This document shows, piece by piece, positions 54,028 to 62,198 of a DNA stretch of 64,000 bases. Each line of letters starts with the position of its first letter. The stretch's first letter is position 1. The notes below the pieces were generated by a model. It did not search any database. It was not told the origin of the DNA and saw only the letters and a program-made list of their open reading frames with translations. Source of the stretch: Actinomycetes bacterium (GTDB lineage Bacteria; Actinomycetota; Acidimicrobiia; Acidimicrobiales; Microtrichaceae); the NCBI GenBank assembly GCA_023389745.1, contig JAEWED010000197.1, forward strand, positions 1,212 through 65,211. Reading direction: 5' to 3'. A program made the translations under genes and the position numbers.

Positions 54028-54987
54028 TCAGCCGGCGTCGAGCTCGTCGCGCAGCAACGCCGCGAGGCGGATCGGCTGATCGCCCTGGATCGAGTGCCCT
54101 GCGTCCTCGACGAGGGTCACGACGGCATCGGGCTGCAGCCGGCGCAGCTCGGCCTCGTCCGCGTCGTCGACGACCGGACTGAGCGCACCGCGCAGCAGGT
54201 GGTACGGCGCGCGGACCGCGGCGACGTCCTCCCACAGGTCGACCGAGATCGGCGACGGGTCACCGGGGTCCGCGAGGTGGCGGCGGTCGTAGTTCCACTC
54301 CCACTCGCCGGAGTCGAGTCGGTGGGCGTTGTGCAGGATGCCGCGACGCAGCGACTCGTGCGAGCGCGTCGGGTTGAACTCGACGGTCCGGGAGAAGATC
54401 TCGGCGAAGTCGGGGAAGGTCTGGGGCCCCTCGATGAAGGCGTGCACGTCGGAGGCCTTGTCACGGGTCACCCCGGGCGTCACGTCGACGACCACGAGTC
54501 GGCGCACCAGCGCGGGATGGCGTGACGCCACCGCGGTCGCGGTCAGTCCGCCGAGCGACATGCCGACGAGGACGACCGGCCCGTCGGCGAGCTCGGCGAT
54601 CATGTCGGCGACGTCGTCGGCCGAGTGCCGGGGGTCGTACCCGCCGTCGTCGCGCCAGTCCGAGTGGCCGTGCCCCGGCAGATCGACCGCGAGGATCGGC
54701 GTCGGGGCGAGGGCCAGGGCGACGGTGTCCCACGTGTGGGCGTTCTGCGCGCCGCCGTGCACGAGCACGAGCTCCGGAGCGGCCTCGCCCCAGCGCAGCG
54801 CGGACAGGCGGCGCCCGTCGGCGAGCGCGTGCGACACCCTGGCCACCGACCGGATCGCAGCGGCGGCCGGACCGTCGGGGTCGATGTCGTACTCGGCGCA
54901 GTTCTCACCGAAGTAGGACATCTCGTCGTACACGAAGCCGGGGGCGTCCGGATCTCCTCCGGGAACGGGGATCGACATGGCCGTCAT
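54028..54987 (-). CDS. alpha/beta hydrolase
   Basis: LVLVHGGAQNAHTWD, VLVGMSLGGLTA (GxSxG) and AGHSIQGDQP. Confidence 0.8.
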   Translation of the reverse strand: MTAMSIPVPGGDPDAPGFVYDEMSYFGENCAEYDIDPDGPAAAAIRSVARVSHALADGRRLSALRWGEAAPELVLVHGGAQNAHTWDTVALALAPTPILAVDLPGHGHSDWRDDGGYDPRHSADDVADMIAELADGPVVLVGMSLGGLTATAVASRHPALVRRLVVVDVTPGVTRDKASDVHAFIEGPQTFPDFAEIFSRTVEFNPTRSHESLRRGILHNAHRLDSGEWEWNYDRRHLADPGDPSPISVDLWEDVAAVRAPYHLLRGALSPVVDDADEAELRRLQPDAVVTLVEDAGHSIQGDQPIRLAALLRDELDAG

Positions 54988-55053
54988 CTTCGCACGACGG
55001 GCCGGTGACCAACGGACGCATCAGGATCGCGGCGCAGATGCCGATGAGAGACC

Positions 55054-55602
55054 ATGGCCCCTTCCGCCGCCGAGTCGCCGATCTGGCTCTCGCACCACTG
55101 GCCCGACCACTACGACCGCTGCGTGCGCGTGGGACGCCAGCACGTCTGTCGACGTTGCCTGGTGCTGTACCCGGCGATCGTCGTCACCGCGGTGCTGGCC
55201 ACCGTGCTCGACGTCGGCGACACGGCGTGGTGGGCGCCCTGGCTGCTGCCGCTGCCGCTCGCGATCGACTGGACCGGCGAGCACCTCGGCCTGCTGCGCC
55301 ACTCAGCGTGGCGCCAGGTCTGCTCGACGCTGCTCGCCGCCGTCGGGTTCGGGGTCGCCCTGTCGGTGCACCTCGACGATCCGTTCGCTCCCCGAGCGAT
55401 CGCACCGGTGCTGACCTACGTCGTCGTGCTCGGCGCGGTCGCCGTCGTGACCCGAGGCCGTACGAAGGTCGACGTGGACGGCTGGGAGGCCACCCTCGAG
55501 CAGGACGAGGAGCGCCGCAAGCAGGAGCTCCATCGGTTGCTCGAGGCCGCGGATGCCTCGATGGCGCAGGACCCGGGCGTCGATCACGGGTCGCAGCGAT
55601 GA
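55054..55602 (+). CDS. small polytopic membrane protein with CxxC (DUF2085-like)
   Basis: VCRRCLVLYPAIVV plus about 4 hydrophobic segments. Confidence 0.5.
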   Translation: MAPSAAESPIWLSHHWPDHYDRCVRVGRQHVCRRCLVLYPAIVVTAVLATVLDVGDTAWWAPWLLPLPLAIDWTGEHLGLLRHSAWRQVCSTLLAAVGFGVALSVHLDDPFAPRAIAPVLTYVVVLGAVAVVTRGRTKVDVDGWEATLEQDEERRKQELHRLLEAADASMAQDPGVDHGSQR

Positions 55603-55677
55603 AGGGCTAGTGTCGCCCCATCTACGCTGAACTTGGTTCAGCCACGGGTCGACGACCCGTGAACGAGGGGGAGTTCC

Positions 55678-58098
55678 ATGCCAGATCGTCTGCTCCGACG
55701 TCGTGTTGCGCGTCGTGTGCCGCTCCGCTTCGCCGCGGTGTGCGCGGCGCTCGTGCTGGTCGGATCCGCGTGCACCGACGACGCCGAGTCGGGGGCCGGG
55801 GACGACACAGGGCTGACCGAGGTGGCGACGCTCGCCGCGTCGACACCCGAGGATCCGGACCTGGCCGTGCGGGGCAGCGTCGAACAGGTCTCGGTGACGG
55901 GCGCGGAGCCCGACACCGAGCTCGCCCTGTACGACGCCGACGGCGACGCGGTCGACCTGGGCACCTCTGATTCGCAGGGCTCGCTGCTGTTCCGACTGGT
56001 CGAGCCCGCCGAGGGCTACCGGGTCGCGACGACCGACGACGAACCGTCCGCCTCCGCCGCGGTCGACGTCGTCGCCGCCGAGGACTCACTGCCGGACCAG
56101 GACTTCTACGACGGCCAGACCCTGGAGCCGGGGTTCAACTACATCGAGACCCGTGACGGCACGACGTTGTCGGCCATGGTGTACCTGCCCGGACCGGTCG
56201 AGGACGGTCCCTACCCGACCGTGGTCGAGTACTCCGGCTACAGCCCCTCGAAGCCCGCGACGAACCTCATCGCGGACCGCTGGGATGACCTGAAGAAGTC
56301 GCTGCCCGAGGGGCTGACGATCGAGGCGGTGTGCGCGCTGGCGCCGTTCGCCTGCGAGGCGCCCGACCAGCCCGCATCGCTGATCGCACACGCGCTCGGC
56401 TACGCCGTGGTCAGCGTGAACATGCGGGGCACCGGCTGCTCCGGCGGCGCCTACGACTACTTCGAGCCGCTGCAGGTGCTCGACGGCTACGACGTCGTCG
56501 AGACCGCGGCGGCCCAGGACTGGGTGAAGGGCAACAAGGTCGGGATGGTCGGGTTGTCGTACCCCGCCATCTCCCAGCTGTTCGTCGCGTCGACCCAGCC
56601 GCCGGGTCTGGCGGCCATCACCCCGTTGTCGGTCTTCGACGACACCGCCCGGGGCGTGTTGGCCCCCGGCGGCATCTTCAACGAGGGCTTCGCCCTCACC
56701 TGGGCCGACGAGGTGCTCTCGAGCGCCGAGCCCTACGGGCAGGGCTGGGAGCAGGCCGTCGTGGACGCCGGCGACCAGACCTGCGCCCAGAACCAGCTGC
56801 TGCGCGGCCAGAACGTCGATGCCACCGAGAAGGCGAAGCGCTACCCGTTCTACGACCCCGAGGTCGCCGACCCGCTCAACCCGGCGCTGTTCGTCGACGA
56901 CATCGAGGTGCCCGTGTTCCTCACCGGTGCGTTCCAGGACGAGCAGACCGGTGGCCGGTTCGCGCTGCTCATGGACGACTTCGACTCGGCGCCCGTCACC
57001 CGCTTCACGGCGTGGAACGGTGCGCACGCCGATGGCTTCCAGCCGGGGAACCTGAACGAGTGGAAGACCTTCCTCGACTTCTACGTCGCCGGGGAGCTGA
57101 CGGAGAGGGCGCTGCCGGCGGAGATCTTCCTGCCCGTGATCATGGGCGAGGTCTTCGGCGTCGAGCAGCCCGTCCCGAAGCAGCGCATGTTCGGGGAGTA
57201 CGGCTCCTTCGAGGAGCAGCGCGCCGCATACGAGGCCGAGGACCCGGTCCGACTGCTCTTCGAGAGCGGGGCGGGTGACCCCGAGCTCCCGGGCTTCCCG
57301 GTGCCGACCCTCGACGTCCGCGTCGCCTCGTGGCCGCTGCCGAACACGACCGCACGGACCTGGTTCCTCGAGCCCGACGGCACGCTGGGAGCCGACGAGC
57401 CCGACGAGGACGGCGGCGCCTCGGTGTTCCGCGTCGATCCCGAGCTGGCGAAGCTGCGGACCTTCGAGGGCGACAACGCCAACGACCTGTTCCGCGCGGA
57501 TGTGACCTACGACTGGCGTCAGGAGCCCGACGGCGCCGCGGCGGTGTTCGTGTCGGAACCGCTGACCGAGGACCTGGTGCTCGCCGGATCGGCCAGCGCG
57601 GATCTGTGGGTCAGCACCGACGCCGGTGAGGCCGACCTGGGCGTAACGCTCTCCGAGGTCCGCCCCGACGGTTCGGAGACCTACATCCAGTCCGGCCAGC
57701 TCCGCGCCTCCCAGCGTGCGCTGGCCGAGGGCTCGACCGACCTGCTGCCGTTGCACACCCACTTCGAGGCCGACGCCGAGCCGCTGCCCGACGACGAGTT
57801 CGTCGAGGCACGCGTCGAGATCTTCCCGTTCGCGCACATCGTGCGAGCCGGGTCACGCATCCGGCTGTCGGTGCACACCCCCGGCGGCGACCGGGCCCGC
57901 TGGAGCTTCATCCTGGCGAAGGGCACCGAGGACTCCAGCGTCGAGGTCGGCCACTCGGCCGAGACCCCGTCGAAGCTGGTGCTCCCGGTCGTGTCGGGCA
58001 TCACCGGCTACCCGGCGTCGGTGCCGACCAACTGCCATGCGCTGCGCGCCCAGCCGTGCCGCGACTTCGTGGAGTACGCCAACACCGCGGCGGAGTAG
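55678..58098 (+). CDS. CocE/NonD-family (S15 X-Pro dipeptidyl-peptidase-like) hydrolase, lipoprotein
   Basis: AAVCAALVLVGSACTDD is a lipobox. TRDGTTLSAMVYLPGP, VNMRGTGCSGG and MVGLSYPAISQ (GxSYxG) are present. Confidence 0.75.
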   Translation: MPDRLLRRRVARRVPLRFAAVCAALVLVGSACTDDAESGAGDDTGLTEVATLAASTPEDPDLAVRGSVEQVSVTGAEPDTELALYDADGDAVDLGTSDSQGSLLFRLVEPAEGYRVATTDDEPSASAAVDVVAAEDSLPDQDFYDGQTLEPGFNYIETRDGTTLSAMVYLPGPVEDGPYPTVVEYSGYSPSKPATNLIADRWDDLKKSLPEGLTIEAVCALAPFACEAPDQPASLIAHALGYAVVSVNMRGTGCSGGAYDYFEPLQVLDGYDVVETAAAQDWVKGNKVGMVGLSYPAISQLFVASTQPPGLAAITPLSVFDDTARGVLAPGGIFNEGFALTWADEVLSSAEPYGQGWEQAVVDAGDQTCAQNQLLRGQNVDATEKAKRYPFYDPEVADPLNPALFVDDIEVPVFLTGAFQDEQTGGRFALLMDDFDSAPVTRFTAWNGAHADGFQPGNLNEWKTFLDFYVAGELTERALPAEIFLPVIMGEVFGVEQPVPKQRMFGEYGSFEEQRAAYEAEDPVRLLFESGAGDPELPGFPVPTLDVRVASWPLPNTTARTWFLEPDGTLGADEPDEDGGASVFRVDPELAKLRTFEGDNANDLFRADVTYDWRQEPDGAAAVFVSEPLTEDLVLAGSASADLWVSTDAGEADLGVTLSEVRPDGSETYIQSGQLRASQRALAEGSTDLLPLHTHFEADAEPLPDDEFVEARVEIFPFAHIVRAGSRIRLSVHTPGGDRARWSFILAKGTEDSSVEVGHSAETPSKLVLPVVSGITGYPASVPTNCHALRAQPCRDFVEYANTAAE

Positions 58099-58156
58099 CC
58101 GCTGCTCTGGTCCGCCTGGGCCGGTCCGCCTGCTCTGGTCCGACTGCTCTTGGCCG

Positions 58157-58612
58157 TCAGGACCGCAGCAGCGGCTCGAAGCAGACGATGTAGTCGACGA
58201 GCCGGTCGGCGATGTCGAGCACCAGCTCGTCGTCGCCGAGATCCGGGTCGGGCCACGTCTCCGACGCGCGTCGCCATTGGTCGCCGCGTCCCAGGAACGG
58301 TCCGACGACGACCGGGTCACCGAGCACCGCCCGCCAGGACTGCTCGCCGACGGTCAGCCTGGCGAGCGCGTCGTCGTTGTCGGCGACATCCGGGTGTTCG
58401 GCGTGGAAGCCGATCTCGAGCGCGAGGACCGTGGCCTCGTCGACGTACTTCGCGCCGACGACCTGGGCCTCGTAGTGCTCGCGGCCCGGGCGTTCGGTGT
58501 CGAACCAGATCTTGGTGCCGTAGCGGTGCGAGCGGACGCGCAGCTCGCCCAGGTCCGGCGGGACGATCGTGCGGCACGCCTCGGCGACGGCGTCGAACAG
58601 CAGCAGCTCCAC
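58157..58612 (-). CDS. hypothetical protein (151 aa), 3 nt downstream of the LigD-Pol gene
   Basis: The ORF has coding-like GC3. I recognise no family. Confidence 0.5.
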   Translation of the reverse strand: MELLLFDAVAEACRTIVPPDLGELRVRSHRYGTKIWFDTERPGREHYEAQVVGAKYVDEATVLALEIGFHAEHPDVADNDDALARLTVGEQSWRAVLGDPVVVGPFLGRGDQWRRASETWPDPDLGDDELVLDIADRLVDYIVCFEPLLRS

Positions 58613-58615
58613 CGC

Positions 58616-59581
58616 TCAGCCCTGCTCCCGACGGGCCTTGGCCCGCCGCTTTCCCTCGTGCATCGCCTGCACGCGGCCACCGTCGATGCCCCGGCCCTCC
58701 TCGACGACGTCGGCCGGCAGGGCCTGCGGGGCCGGCATGAGCTCACGCCACGGGTCCGAGGAGCCCAGGTGGCCGAGCGCCGTGTGGATCGTGAAGTCCG
58801 ACGGCGACACGTCACCGAGGGCGTCCCACGGCACCGGCATCGAGACCGTCGCGCCGGGACGTGCCCGTGGGCTGTACGCCGCGACGACGGTCGCGGCGCC
58901 GACGCGGGTCGCATCGACGAAGACGCGGTCGCCGCGGTCGTCCTTCACGAACTCGGTCGTGGCGATCGTCGGGTCGAGCGCCGCGGCTCGGGCGGCGATC
59001 GACCGTGTCGCCGCGGCGGCGTCGGCCAGGTCGACCCCTGCCTCGACCGGCACGTAGATGTGCACGCCCTTCGCGCCGCTGAGCTTCACCGCGCCGTCCA
59101 GGCCGATGTCGTCGAGCACGGCGCGCACCAGTCCCGCGACCCGCACCGCCGCAGCGAACCCGTCGCCCTCGGGCGGGTCCAGGTCGAGCACCAGGTGCGT
59201 GGGATGGTCGGGGGCGGTGACGGTGACGAGCGTCGGGTGGTACTCGACGGCGCGTTGGTTGGCGAACCACAGCAGCGTCCTGCGGTCGTCGCAGACGGCA
59301 TAGGCGACGTCGCGGTGCGACGTCTGCGCCCAGTACGTCACGGTCCTCACGTAGTCGGGTGTGTACTTCGGGACGTTCTTCTGCATGAACGGCTGCTGGT
59401 CCCGGTGCACCCGGATGACCGACAGCGGCCGGTCGGCCAGAACAGGGACGAAGCGGTCCGACACCGCATCGAGGTAGTCGACCAGGTCGCGCTTGGTGGC
59501 GTCCGCGCCGTCGAAGAGCTGCTGGTCGAGGTTCGTGAGCGACACCCCGTCGCGTGACTCCCCCGCCCCCTTGGTGGCCAT
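58616..59581 (-). CDS. stand-alone LigD polymerase/primase domain protein (NHEJ PolDom)
   Basis: HLVLDLDPPEG (DxD metal site), KLSGAKGVHIYV, FVDATRVG and AAYSPRARPGATVS. I chose ATG 59581; the track GTG is at 59605. Confidence 0.8.
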   Translation of the reverse strand: MATKGAGESRDGVSLTNLDQQLFDGADATKRDLVDYLDAVSDRFVPVLADRPLSVIRVHRDQQPFMQKNVPKYTPDYVRTVTYWAQTSHRDVAYAVCDDRRTLLWFANQRAVEYHPTLVTVTAPDHPTHLVLDLDPPEGDGFAAAVRVAGLVRAVLDDIGLDGAVKLSGAKGVHIYVPVEAGVDLADAAAATRSIAARAAALDPTIATTEFVKDDRGDRVFVDATRVGAATVVAAYSPRARPGATVSMPVPWDALGDVSPSDFTIHTALGHLGSSDPWRELMPAPQALPADVVEEGRGIDGGRVQAMHEGKRRAKARREQG

Positions 59582-59652
59582 GTCCCGAACGCTATCGGCC
59601 GCCACGCCGTCCCGGCGCGGACGTTCGGGCCCGGCTCTGCTCCCAGAACGGC

Positions 59653-59678
59653 GAAACCCCCGCCGTGGCGGGGGTTTC
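59653..59678 (-). terminator. hairpin immediately 3' of tRNA-Val
   Basis: GAAACCCCCGCC/GGCGGGGGTTTC, an 11-12 bp stem. On the minus strand it is followed by GCCGTTCTGGG. Confidence 0.55.
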
Positions 59679-59685
59679 GGTGCGG

Positions 59686-59759
59686 TGGGCGTACACGGAC
59701 TTGAACCGTGGACCTCTTCCGTGTCGAGGAAGCGCTCTAGCCAACTGAGCTATACGCCC
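59686..59759 (-). tRNA. tRNA-Val(GAC) with an unusual C at position 33; CCA not encoded
   Basis: GGGCGTA-TA-GCTC-AGTTGGCTA-GAGC-G-CTTCC-TCGACAC-GGAAG-AGGTC-CACGG-TTCAAGT-CCGTG-TACGCCC-A. Confidence 0.85.
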
Positions 59760-59922
59760 GAGCGGCGGACAATCTAGCAGGGACTCGGACCGTCGCCGAC
59801 ATCCCCGCCGGTGACGTCGGTCCAGCCGCCCTGACGTCGGCCCGCCCGACCCCATTTCCGTTCCCGTTTCGCTGCCCTGGCACCGAAACGGAGACCGATT
59901 TCCGGGCGGGGGCGTCGGACAC

Positions 59923-60468
59923 TCAGTCGTCGAAGGGGCCGAGTGCGCCGACCATCACGATGACGAACACCCCGACGGCCAGGTCGATCCACAGACCGAT
60001 CCCCGGACCGCTGCGGGCGTCGCCCGCACCCAGGCCCCACTCGAGGATCGAGGCCAGCACCAGCGCCGAGCCGGACAGCACGCCGAGCACACGGCCCGCC
60101 TTCGGTCGACCTGCGGCGATGAGCACACCCGACACGGCGATCGACACCGCGATCACCATGACCACCCAGCCACGACCGATCGACTCGCCGAGGCCGTCCC
60201 AGCCGGTCTCGACGGCGGTGTTGCCGAAGCGCTGGCCGTAGTCACGCCACGGCATCAGCGTCGTGGCGCCCGCGACCAGCGACGCGACCAGCAGCGACGC
60301 GGTCAGCACGAGCTCCTTGCGGTCGGAGCGGTGCTCGACCACGGGCGGAAGGGGCGCCGCTCCACCCAACGGCGGTGCGTCGCTGTAGACCACGGGCGCG
60401 GCAGCGTCGTCGGCCGGGCTGACGGCGTTCGGATCGGAGGGGGTCCACGGTGACGGGGGCGCGCTCAC
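59923..60468 (-). CDS. membrane protein (4 predicted TM segments, Pro/Ala-rich N-terminus), hypothetical
   Basis: 181 aa with LVLTASLLVASLVAGATTL and WVVMVIAVSIAVSGVLIAAG among the hydrophobic segments. Confidence 0.55.
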   Translation of the reverse strand: MSAPPSPWTPSDPNAVSPADDAAAPVVYSDAPPLGGAAPLPPVVEHRSDRKELVLTASLLVASLVAGATTLMPWRDYGQRFGNTAVETGWDGLGESIGRGWVVMVIAVSIAVSGVLIAAGRPKAGRVLGVLSGSALVLASILEWGLGAGDARSGPGIGLWIDLAVGVFVIVMVGALGPFDD

Positions 60469-60635
60469 GCCTCCAGCTTGCCCCAGTCGGCACTCGGACC
60501 AGCTCCGTCGCCGGAGGATTTCTCAGCGGGATCAGCCCGCTGGCGACCGGGCTGCAGCGCGGATCGCGACCGGCGCCGGAACGACAGGACCCCCGACCGG
60601 AGCCGGGGGTCCTGCGATGTCCGTGACATCCACGG

Positions 60636-60706
60636 AGGCGACGAGGGGAATCGAACCCCTGTGCAAGGCTTTGCAGGCCTCTGCCTCACCACTCGGCCAC
60701 GTCGCC
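60636..60706 (-). tRNA. tRNA-Cys(GCA); CCA not encoded
   Basis: GGCGACG-TG-GCCGAGTGGTGAGGC-A-GAGGC-CTGCAAA-GCCTT-GCAC-AGGGG-TTCGATT-CCCCT-CGTCGCC-T (U73 discriminator). Confidence 0.9.
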
Positions 60707-60760
60707 ATGGCGTCCGGACACCTTAGCGGCACCGTGGGCGACTCCCCGACCCGGCGCCCC

Positions 60761-60793
60761 TCAGACGCCCTTGTACCGTCAGACGCCCTTGTA
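60761..60793. repeat. perfect 15-bp duplication (18-bp offset, in frame) of the rtcB 3' end including the stop codon
   Basis: TCAGACGCCCTTGTA occurs at 60761-60775 and at 60779-60793 (the real end). The minus strand reads YKGV*-R-YKGV*. Confidence 0.9.
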
Positions 60794-61936
60794 GTTGAGC
60801 ACCTGCGACAGCTCGTGGCGGATCGTGACCAGGTCGCGCTGGTCCTCCATGACCTGGTCGATGTCCTTGTAGGCCCGAGGGTCCTCGTCGATCAGCCGAG
60901 CGGCGTCCGCCTCGTTCCAGGCCCGGCCACGCATCCGGTGGCGCAGCCCCTCGACGTCGAGCTGACGGCGTGCCGCACCCCGGGACATGCGACGGCCTGC
61001 GCCGTGGCTGCACGAGCTGTACGACGCCGCGGCGCCGAGCCCGTCGACGATGTAGCTGCGGGTGCCCATCGAGCCCGGGATCACACCGGCGTCGCCGACA
61101 CGGGCTCGGATGGCGCCCTTGCGGGTGATCCACAGGTTGCGCCCGTGATGGTGCTCGCGCTCGGTGAAGTTGTGGTGACAGTTGATGCGCTGCTCCTCGA
61201 CCACCTCCCGATCGAGGTGCGCCGCGAGCTGACCGATCACGGCGTCCATCATGACCTCGCGGTTGGCGAGCGCGTAGTCCTGGGCCCACAGCATGTGGCG
61301 CACGTAGGCGTCGAACTCGCCGGTGCCCTCGACCAGGTATGCCAGGTCCTCGTCGGGCAGGTCGATGAAGTACCGGCGCATGAGGCCCTTCGCGTCCTCG
61401 ATGTGCTGCTGTGCCAGCTGGTTGCCGACGCCTCGCGACCCCGAGTGCAGCACGACCCACACCCGGTCCGCTTCGTCGAGGCAGATCTCGACGAAGTGGT
61501 TGCCGGAGCCGAGCGAGCCGAGCTGCTTGGCGGCGGTGCCGGCCTGACGTCCGCTCAGGTCCGCGGCACGGTCGTCGCCCAGCAGGTCCGCAGCGGCCGC
61601 CTGGGCGTCGTCGTGGCCACGACCGAGGCCGGCGGGCACGACACGCTCGATGCGGCCGTGCAACGCGGAGAGGTCGTCACCGAGCGCGTCGGAGTGCAGC
61701 GGCAGCCGGGCGGCGATCATGCCGCAGCCGATGTCGACGCCGACCGCGGCCGGGATGATGGCGCCGTCGGTCGGGATGACCGAACCGATGGTGGCGCCCA
61801 TGCCGAGGTGCGCGTCGGGCATGAGCGCGACGTGGCCCGCGACGAACGGCAGCGAGGCCGTCCGCTCGGCCTGGTGCAGCGCGTTGGGATCGAGGTCCGA
61901 CGCCCAGTTGAGGACGTCACCGTGTCGGGTGGGCAT
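60779..61936 (-). CDS. rtcB: RtcB-family RNA 3'-phosphate ligase
   Basis: VALMPDAHLGMGATIGSVIPTDGAIIPAAVGVDIGCGM...GSGNHF...HSGSRGVGN...NCHHN...PGSMG...SCSHGAGR. I chose ATG 61936. The track ORF (TTG 62098) would overlap tRNA-Gly. Confidence 0.9.
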   Translation of the reverse strand: MPTRHGDVLNWASDLDPNALHQAERTASLPFVAGHVALMPDAHLGMGATIGSVIPTDGAIIPAAVGVDIGCGMIAARLPLHSDALGDDLSALHGRIERVVPAGLGRGHDDAQAAAADLLGDDRAADLSGRQAGTAAKQLGSLGSGNHFVEICLDEADRVWVVLHSGSRGVGNQLAQQHIEDAKGLMRRYFIDLPDEDLAYLVEGTGEFDAYVRHMLWAQDYALANREVMMDAVIGQLAAHLDREVVEEQRINCHHNFTEREHHHGRNLWITRKGAIRARVGDAGVIPGSMGTRSYIVDGLGAAASYSSCSHGAGRRMSRGAARRQLDVEGLRHRMRGRAWNEADAARLIDEDPRAYKDIDQVMEDQRDLVTIRHELSQVLNYKGV

Positions 61937-62053
61937 GCGCACCAGGGTGCGCACGACGCTCCCCCGCTGTCGTTCGAGTTCTGCGACTCCGGCCCTGAAC
62001 GACGCTGAGCGGCGAGTGAACGACGAAGCCCCCACCGTGGTGGGGGCTTCTCC

Positions 62054-62129
62054 TGGAGCGGACGACCGGGTTCGAACCGGCGACCTCAACCTTGGCAAGG
62101 TTGCGCTCTACCAACTGAGCTACGTCCGC
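62054..62129 (-). tRNA. tRNA-Gly(GCC), CCA encoded
   Basis: GCGGACG-TA-GCTCAGTTGGTAGAGC-G-CAACC-TTGCCAA-GGTTG-AGGTC-GCCGG-TTCGAAC-CCGGT-CGTCCGC-T-CCA. Confidence 0.9.
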
Positions 62130-62198
62130 AGGGACGGTCACCATAGCAGAGCCACCGCAGGCTTCAAATCGAGCCCTCGGCGCTGCGCGACGGCGGCG

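Noticed and set aside
60465-60692. 75-aa minus ORF and other small ORFs overlapping tRNA-Cys, tRNA-Val and tRNA-Gly
   Set aside because: They overlap well-folded tRNA genes, and their translations are Arg/Pro-rich artefacts.
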